Source: Chloroflexota bacterium
Lineage (GTDB): Bacteria > Chloroflexota > UBA11872 > VXOZ01
DNA length: 64,000 bases
Assembly (NCBI GenBank): GCA_965221905.1
Contig: OZ244922.1
Span: 544,001 to 608,000 of the forward strand
Direction of reading: 5' to 3'
Part shown: piece after piece, positions 57,871-64,000 of the stretch
Layout of the letters: every line of letters begins with the position of its first letter
How positions within the stretch are numbered: position 1 is the first letter of the stretch
Translations under genes and position numbers: made by a program
The notes under the pieces: model-generated
Told to the model about the DNA's origin: nothing
Databases searched by the model: none
The model's input: only the letters and a program-made list of their open reading frames with translations

Positions 57871-59802
57871 TCACTGCAATTCGGTGAAATGATACTCGTT
57901 CAACCAGTCATGGGCGCTCTCGGATGCGTTGTACTGACCGGTCCTGATGAAGGCAATGGGATAGTTCGGCAGGTCGCGAGAGACGACGCAGGCCTCGCCA
58001 ACGTGCCAATCTTTCCCTTCCATAAAGGAGAAGTCCAAGGTCTCTTGGGATCTTCCTTCAATGACGCTTGTTTCATTCGGGATCACGTGCAGAATAAAGC
58101 GATTGCCGGCGTCATCGTGGCCGCACAGGCTCTTTACGTAGGTTAGGGTCTTGCCATCCAGGTAGATATCGTAAGTAGAGCTGATGATCAATTCGCCTTT
58201 GGGCGGTGGTTGCATTTCGGAGTCCCTCAGTCTGAGGGCGTAGAAGGTGAAAGGCCAGTTCGTTTCGATCGCTACATAATTGGCTTCGACGAAGTCAAAG
58301 AAGGGACCAAAGTCTGCCGGGTTGTGCATGTACCTTTCATGAGGTTGCCAACCAGCGCGTTCCGATCTATTCAAGGGAGCAAACCAATCGTATCGCGAAT
58401 CAATGATCAATACCGGCATATCACTCTTTAGATCAAGTACAAACTCGTCACGCATAGATTGAGTGGTGAAATGCGGCTTGACCAGCGCATGGTGCCAGAA
58501 GAAACGAGTCGACGCATTACGATCGGCAAGCAGATATATCCGAGCAGCCTTTCCCCATACCAGAATTCGATCGCCAGGTTCTGTAGCCTCTCGGACACGG
58601 GCGGCCACCAGCGATTCTCTATCCTCCACGATTAGACTATCGGCTGTGTATTTCTCTGCAAGCCGCGGGAAGTTAGATAAGGGCAAGGAAAAGTAGAACG
58701 CTCCCAGCAGAAGCGCGGCCGTGAGTAGTGTGGGGGCTATGAAGTTTTGCTTGAGGGTAAGCCATACCAGGAATGCCAGCAGAAGTGAGACGACCGGAAG
58801 TGAAGTCAGGAAATAATGTGCAAAATCAAAGCCTGAAAGAGAGGCAATAATGAATTCAAGCGGAAGAAGTATCAAACCGAGTGCTAACAGGCCTCTTACG
58901 GGCTCTTGTTGCACGTGATTTCCTACGAAAAGGCGAAGGCCGATTAGCCAACTTGCTACAACTAAGGGAGATGCTGGGAAAAGTCCTGCGGCTAGACTTC
59001 GGAGTACGTGAAGTCTTTGCAGAAGCGAGGTATTGCTGTGAGCGAAGTTGTAGAGGAAGACGGCATCCCAGAGTGCCCCCAAGGCACCAAGTGCCGCAAA
59101 GAGGGTTGCTACGAAAATGAGCACACTCCCTCCTCCAATAACTGCCCAAGCAAGCTTGCGCGGGGAATTACCCCTGATGAAAAGCCAATAGAGACCGATT
59201 ACGATCCAGAGAGCAACGAGGTTGGGTCTAAGAAGGAAGCAGGCGGCACCGAGCACGCCAATGCTCAAGTGCAGCAAGGCGAATTGTGCCCGGGAAGGTT
59301 CGGAAGAGGCTTGCTTTTGGCTGCGGGCGAATAGGTAAAGGGTGAGAAACTGAAAGAGAAGACCGTACTGCTCCGTATAGTTGCCTGGCGGTGCAAATCT
59401 CTTGTAATAAGCGAGGAATACTGCGAGAGCGAACAGGGCGGGGAGGACGCCCAATGTCCTCCAAAGCAGCAGAAAGGCCAGACTGGCTGCTCCAAGCAGG
59501 AAGAGGCCTTGAACGACCCAGATCCCCCACGTTTCGTCAATGACCAGGCCGATGAGGTTCAGGACGTAGAACAACGGACCTTTGTTGTCCCAGCGATCGA
59601 GATACGGGACTTCTCCTTCCAGAATGCCCTGCGCGACATATAGGTATATCGCTGAATCCCCGCCGGGTGTAGTGATGAACGAGTCAAAGGCAATGACAAA
59701 GAGCAGCGCCAGTAAGATTGCCCAACCGATGCCTAGCAGGCGATTGGTCACTAGTGCAGGCACTAACCGAGAATTCATTCTTTGAAAGTCCATCCGGCGC
59801 AT
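57871..59802 (-). CDS. GT-C (ArnT/PMT-like) glycosyltransferase paralog 2 with C-terminal accessory domain
   Basis: GGDSAIY..A..IL.GEVPY.DRWDNKGP, NYTEQY, many TM helices, ILVWG. Confidence 0.82.
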   Translation of the reverse strand: MRRMDFQRMNSRLVPALVTNRLLGIGWAILLALLFVIAFDSFITTPGGDSAIYLYVAQGILEGEVPYLDRWDNKGPLFYVLNLIGLVIDETWGIWVVQGLFLLGAASLAFLLLWRTLGVLPALFALAVFLAYYKRFAPPGNYTEQYGLLFQFLTLYLFARSQKQASSEPSRAQFALLHLSIGVLGAACFLLRPNLVALWIVIGLYWLFIRGNSPRKLAWAVIGGGSVLIFVATLFAALGALGALWDAVFLYNFAHSNTSLLQRLHVLRSLAAGLFPASPLVVASWLIGLRLFVGNHVQQEPVRGLLALGLILLPLEFIIASLSGFDFAHYFLTSLPVVSLLLAFLVWLTLKQNFIAPTLLTAALLLGAFYFSLPLSNFPRLAEKYTADSLIVEDRESLVAARVREATEPGDRILVWGKAARIYLLADRNASTRFFWHHALVKPHFTTQSMRDEFVLDLKSDMPVLIIDSRYDWFAPLNRSERAGWQPHERYMHNPADFGPFFDFVEANYVAIETNWPFTFYALRLRDSEMQPPPKGELIISSTYDIYLDGKTLTYVKSLCGHDDAGNRFILHVIPNETSVIEGRSQETLDFSFMEGKDWHVGEACVVSRDLPNYPIAFIRTGQYNASESAHDWLNEYHFTELQ

Positions 59803-59963
59803 GAAGATGTTTCAGTTTCAGTTGCTCGTTGACAGAGGCTCAGGCTCCGTAAGAGCTCCAGTAATTTACAGCCAACGACGGGGCATTCAAAAAAGCGCAT
59901 TGGCGGACGTCGTCGCTAACAAGGTGTTCGGGACCGCCAAATCCTTCAGTTACGGTACGAGAG

Positions 59964-61886
59964 TCACTTTGGCTCTGAAAAGTAATGCTCACTTAGCCAA
60001 TCATGGGCCGTTCCAGACTCGTTGTACTGACCGGTCCTGATAGATGCTATGGGATATTCAGGTAGCACTTGCGAAACGATGCATCCTTCGCCTACCTTCC
60101 AATTCAAGCCTTCCACAAAGATGAAGTCCAAGCTGGCGTGCTCGTTACCGCCAATGACACTCTTGTCGACGGGAATGACGTGAAGGATGAAGCGTTTGGC
60201 GGCGTCATCCTGGGTGCAAGGGGTTTTCGCATACGTGAGGGTACGGCCATCAAGGTACACGTCATAGGTGGAGCGGATAATCAACTCGCCCTGAGCAGTC
60301 ATGGATTCTGCGCTGTCCTCGCTCCTAAGGCCGTAAACTACGTAGGATGCGAATTCGCCGAAAACAACGTAATTCGCCTCGACAAATTCAAAAAATGGCT
60401 TGAAGTCTTCCAAATCGTGCGCGTATCTGTCATGGGGCTTCCAACCAGCGCGTTCTTCACTATCTAAGGGCGCAAACCAGGAGAAGTGCGTGTCGACAAT
60501 TAGCACTGGCATTTCCCGCTTAACAGCGGAAAAGAACTCTTCACGAATTGTTTGATCGGTAAAGTTCGGCTTGACCAACGGGTGATGATAGAAGAAGCGA
60601 CTAGGGGCGTCGCGCTCAGATAGCAAATGTATCCTAGCGCCCTTTCCCCAAACCAGAATACGATCTTCAGGTCCGGTTAAACCCCCAATACGTCTGACTA
60701 GACGTGCCTCGGCGTCCTCGGCAAATAAGTTGCCACGCGTGTACTTGCCGGCAATTTGAGCGAAGTCGGATGCATGCAAGGAAAAGTACGCTGCGCTGAA
60801 GAGTATCAAAGTAGCGGTCAATGCGTGGGTGATAGGTAGGAATTCCAGAGCGGTCCACGCCAGCAAAGCTAGAAGTAGTGCGATTACCGGTAGTGCAGCC
60901 AGGTAATAGTGCAGGTATGAAAATCCGGAAAGAGAGAAACTCACGACTTCAAGCGGGAGCAGAATCAGGGTAAGCACTAACGTGCTTCTGAAGTGCCCAT
61001 CTTGCGCCCGTCTTTGAATGAGAATTAAACCACTGATGCACCAAGCAGCAATTACGAGTAGAGAGATTGGGAACGATTGTTCAAAAAGGCGTCTTACAAC
61101 CCCTAGTCTGTCTTCAAGTGAGGCTGTACTTTGAGCAAAGCTGAATTCGAAGACGGCTTCCCAGAGCGCACCAAGAGCGCCGACGGCCGCGAAGAGAGCA
61201 GCAACGGCGAGGAGAATGGCTGCGCCCCCGATGACGGCCCAGGCGAGCTTACGCAGTGAAGATCCTCTGAGGAAGAGCCAGTAGAGGCCGATAGCGATCC
61301 AAAGGCCAACGAGATTAGGTCTAAGTAAGAAAGAAGCAGCGCCGAGTGCGCCGATGGCGAGGTGTAGGGAAGCGAAGCGGGCCTGGGAGGGGGCGGGGTT
61401 AGGTAGTTCATGGCTGCGGAGGAAGAGGTAGAGGGTGAGGAACTGGAAGAGGAGGCCGTACTGTTCGGTGAAGTTGCCTGATTGGACAAACCTAGCAAAG
61501 AAGGCAAGGAAGAGGGCGAGAGCGAAGAGGGCGGGGAGAGTGCCGAAGGGTTTTCGTAGGGCGAGGAATGCGAACGTAGATGCGCCAAGCAAGAAGAGGC
61601 CCTGAACGAGCCAGAGGCCCCAGGTGTCATGAATGAGGAGGCCGAAGAGGTTGAGGAGGTAGAGCAGAGGGCCTTTGTTATCCCAGCGATGGAGGTAGGG
61701 AATGTCCCCTTCCAAGATGCCTTTGGCGACGTAGATGAAGATGCTCGAATCCCCTCCGGGTTTAGAAATGATTGAGTCGACGGCAAGAACAAAGAGGATT
61801 ACAAGCAGCAGAGCCCAAGCGGCTAAGAGCAGATGGTTGATATGGATGCGTGAGAGATTCACGGGCTTCAAGTTGGCAGCGTTCAA
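59964..61886 (-). CDS. GT-C (ArnT/PMT-like) glycosyltransferase paralog 3 with C-terminal accessory domain
   Basis: GGDSSIF...HRWDNKGP, NFTEQY; collinear with paralogs 1 and 2. Confidence 0.82.
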   Translation of the reverse strand: MNAANLKPVNLSRIHINHLLLAAWALLLVILFVLAVDSIISKPGGDSSIFIYVAKGILEGDIPYLHRWDNKGPLLYLLNLFGLLIHDTWGLWLVQGLFLLGASTFAFLALRKPFGTLPALFALALFLAFFARFVQSGNFTEQYGLLFQFLTLYLFLRSHELPNPAPSQARFASLHLAIGALGAASFLLRPNLVGLWIAIGLYWLFLRGSSLRKLAWAVIGGAAILLAVAALFAAVGALGALWEAVFEFSFAQSTASLEDRLGVVRRLFEQSFPISLLVIAAWCISGLILIQRRAQDGHFRSTLVLTLILLPLEVVSFSLSGFSYLHYYLAALPVIALLLALLAWTALEFLPITHALTATLILFSAAYFSLHASDFAQIAGKYTRGNLFAEDAEARLVRRIGGLTGPEDRILVWGKGARIHLLSERDAPSRFFYHHPLVKPNFTDQTIREEFFSAVKREMPVLIVDTHFSWFAPLDSEERAGWKPHDRYAHDLEDFKPFFEFVEANYVVFGEFASYVVYGLRSEDSAESMTAQGELIIRSTYDVYLDGRTLTYAKTPCTQDDAAKRFILHVIPVDKSVIGGNEHASLDFIFVEGLNWKVGEGCIVSQVLPEYPIASIRTGQYNESGTAHDWLSEHYFSEPK

Positions 61887-62082
61887 TTGATGGTCCGACC
61901 GTCTATTGGCAACGGTGCATCCCGGTTTGAAGACGCAGTGCGGCTGCGCTGCTTGGGCAAGGCAAGTTCAATCTCACCACTCGGCCTCGTTCTCACCCTT
62001 GGTGCCATAGGGCGAGCGGCTTGGCTTTCCACTTGCTCTTTGTGTGCCTGCTGTTCTCGCTTCGCAATAAGCAGGCGCCCGA

Positions 62083-63063
62083 TCAAAGCACCGAGTGGTA
62101 GATGCTATCCACGAGTTCCATGGTTTTGGTAGCGTCGGCGAAGTTCGTGTCGGGCTGGCGGCCGGTCTTGATGCAGTCGATGAAGTGGCGGCTCTCGCCA
62201 AAGAACCCATAGGCGTGGTAGCGCGCGTCGTTGCCGGCGACCGTGTTGACGTCCAATATCGTCGGCTCGTCGTTGCCGTCTGTGTAAACCTTGGCGGTAT
62301 CGTCCGGGTCGATATAGGCGGTGATGCCCTTGCCGTGAATCTCGAATATGTGGCGTCGGGTACCGGCCACCCAGTTCGCTTGCAGGAAGCCGACGCAGCC
62401 GTTCTCAAAGCGCATGAGGGCGTTGAAGATGTTCGGATAGTCGGCATATGCTTCGCGCACATCGCTGGCCACTGCCGCCACGTCGCTGCCGCCCAGCCAA
62501 CGGCATACGTCTACCGCATGGACCGCGTCACAACTAAGGATGTCGGTCGCGCCGCCGTAATAGGGCAGGTCGCCGGGTGTCGTGAACTGGTGCTTGAGAA
62601 AGACCGATTGAAACTGGAGGATGGGCCCGCGGGCCTCGACTTGGCGGCGCACTTCCTGCATGAGGGGAATGAAGCGGCGATTGAAGGCCGTCATCGTGAG
62701 CGCGCCGTACTTGGCGGCGGTTTTGGCCATGCTGCTGGTTTGAAACGCGTTGAGTCCGGGCGGCTTCTCCACGAAGAGGTGGTGTCCGCGCTGCAACACA
62801 TTGATTGAGATGTCGTAGAGGTGGTGGGGCGGCATCAGACAATAGACGCCGTCCGGTTTCTCCGTATCGAGCATCTCGCGATAGTCGGAGTAGGTCTTGG
62901 CAATGTTGAAGCGCGCGGCCGTCTGCTGTCGCCGGGTTTCATCAAGATCGCAGATGGCCGCAATCTCGACGTCCTCCATTTCACTCAAGGACGGATAGTG
63001 CATGGCGTTGGCAAGACTGCCCGCGCCGATCATGCAGATGCGGACTTTATCCAGGCGAGGCAT
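62083..63063 (-). CDS. Gfo/Idh/MocA family oxidoreductase
   Basis: MIGAGSLA, HLFVEKP, FNRRF, DAVHAVD; start moved to ATG 63063 (GGAGG SD). Confidence 0.9.
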   Translation of the reverse strand: MPRLDKVRICMIGAGSLANAMHYPSLSEMEDVEIAAICDLDETRRQQTAARFNIAKTYSDYREMLDTEKPDGVYCLMPPHHLYDISINVLQRGHHLFVEKPPGLNAFQTSSMAKTAAKYGALTMTAFNRRFIPLMQEVRRQVEARGPILQFQSVFLKHQFTTPGDLPYYGGATDILSCDAVHAVDVCRWLGGSDVAAVASDVREAYADYPNIFNALMRFENGCVGFLQANWVAGTRRHIFEIHGKGITAYIDPDDTAKVYTDGNDEPTILDVNTVAGNDARYHAYGFFGESRHFIDCIKTGRQPDTNFADATKTMELVDSIYHSVL

Positions 63064-63210
63064 CGGTTCCTCCGTGTTTGTGAAATTGTCACTTACCGCT
63101 TGCGCACCATGATAGAAGCCGTTCGGGCGAAACACAAGCGATTGCTGGTGTGGCAGGTGTGCCGAGTGCGCGCACAGAAAGGATGGCTTTTTAGTGTCGG
63201 CACCCCTGTA

Positions 63211-63515
63211 GAAGAAATTTGCGAAACTAGAACTTGCGAGCGGGACTGGGCTGGACTAACGAAGTCTCACCCTCACCCCGGCCCTGCTTGTATAGACCGG
63301 GTACATGGGTTACACATGTTCGGGGAGAGGGTGTAACACCTATTCACCGGGACCTAGTTACGCAAAGGCCTCCTCCAGGGGGAGGGCACAGAATACGGAC
63401 CTTGGAGAACGCGGAGAAGCTCCGGTTCCCTCTCCTGGGGGAGAGGGTTAGGGTGAGGGGGTCTTCTCACCAAAGGGACTGAGTTTTGCAAAGGTCTCCA
63501 TCAAGGGAGAGGGGA
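63211..63515. mobile_element. MITE/REP cluster with IS5-like ends and an IS481-like terminal fragment
   Basis: AGAAATTTGCGAAACTAG...CTAGTTACGCAAAGGCCTC; TGTATAGACCGGGTACATGGGTTACAC at 63289 in a REP loop; AGTTTTGCAAAGGTCTC at about 63482. Confidence 0.55.
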
Positions 63516-63551
63516 TGCCGAGACTCTGATTCAAGCTTAGCACTGGTTGGA

Positions 63552-63579
63552 GTAGGGGCACGACATGTCGTGCCCCTAC
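63552..63579. repeat. GTAG-type REP palindrome
   Basis: GTAGGGGCACGACATGTCGTGCCCCTAC perfect palindrome. Confidence 0.85.
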
Positions 63580-63709
63580 GGCCGGTGCAAATCGAGACTC
63601 GAAGAGAATTCGGCAAGCGTAGCGTTCGCCTGAAGGGTGCTATAGAGTCTATTATCAGTGGTAGTCGGACAAAAGCACGCAAAGAGAGTCGAAAGGGAGA
63701 AGCGCTATC

Positions 63710-64000
63710 GTGAATACCACGCCGGAGCTCTTGGTCGATCAGCACGCGCTTGTGGGCGAGGGGCCGCTGTGGGATGAAGCAAAGCAGGTGCTCTACTGGG
63801 TGGACATCCTCAGTTCCAAACTCTTCATCTATAACCCGGCCACCGGCGAGAACGAGGAAATCGACGTCGGCCGGCACGTCGGTACCGTGGTGACACGCGA
63901 TTCCGGCGGGCTGATGCTGGCAGTGCGAGAGGGCTTTGCGTCATTTGACCTGGAAACCCAGGAGCTAACGCTTATCGCCAATCCGGAAGCGCACATAACC
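63710..64000 (+). CDS. SMP-30/gluconolactonase/LRE family protein, N-terminal part, runs off window edge
   Basis: Manual translation from GTG 63710: MNTTPELLVDQHALVGEGPLWDEAKQVLYWVDI. Confidence 0.88.
   Translation, partial: MNTTPELLVDQHALVGEGPLWDEAKQVLYWVDILSSKLFIYNPATGENEEIDVGRHVGTVVTRDSGGLMLAVREGFASFDLETQELTLIANPEAHIT

Overview
GC-rich bacterial chromosomal segment. Gene content suggests Chloroflexota (caa3-type cox operon with ctaG, divergent groEL, parAB, coaX/coaBC), but this is an inference. The housekeeping and metabolic backbone comprises an Opp/Dpp peptide ABC transporter, two CAT-anticodon tRNAs, parA-parB, the cytochrome c oxidase operon, groES-groEL, CoA biosynthesis genes, fumC, a sulfatase and sugar oxidoreductases. 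Four accessory blocks interrupt it. (i) About 5.4-13.7 kb: VapBC, a single-chain helicase-less Type ISP-like/IIG restriction-modification gene, and a Ser/Thr kinase. The R-M gene carries in-frame REP palindrome insertions and a 1-nt frameshift. (ii) An AT-richer two-gene module (His-rich DUF6978-like plus DUF1828-like) between coaX and coaBC. (iii) An AT-richer R-M cassette with a PLD nuclease, a circularly permuted methyltransferase and a gamma-class adenine methyltransferase. (iv) Three tandem paralogous GT-C glycosyltransferases with a shared uncharacterised C-terminal domain. Intergenic DNA holds at least five families of REP-like palindromes, often nested with IS5-like and IS481-like terminal repeats. 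No CRISPR array, integrase or transposase was found. All family assignments come from motif recognition by eye, not database searches.
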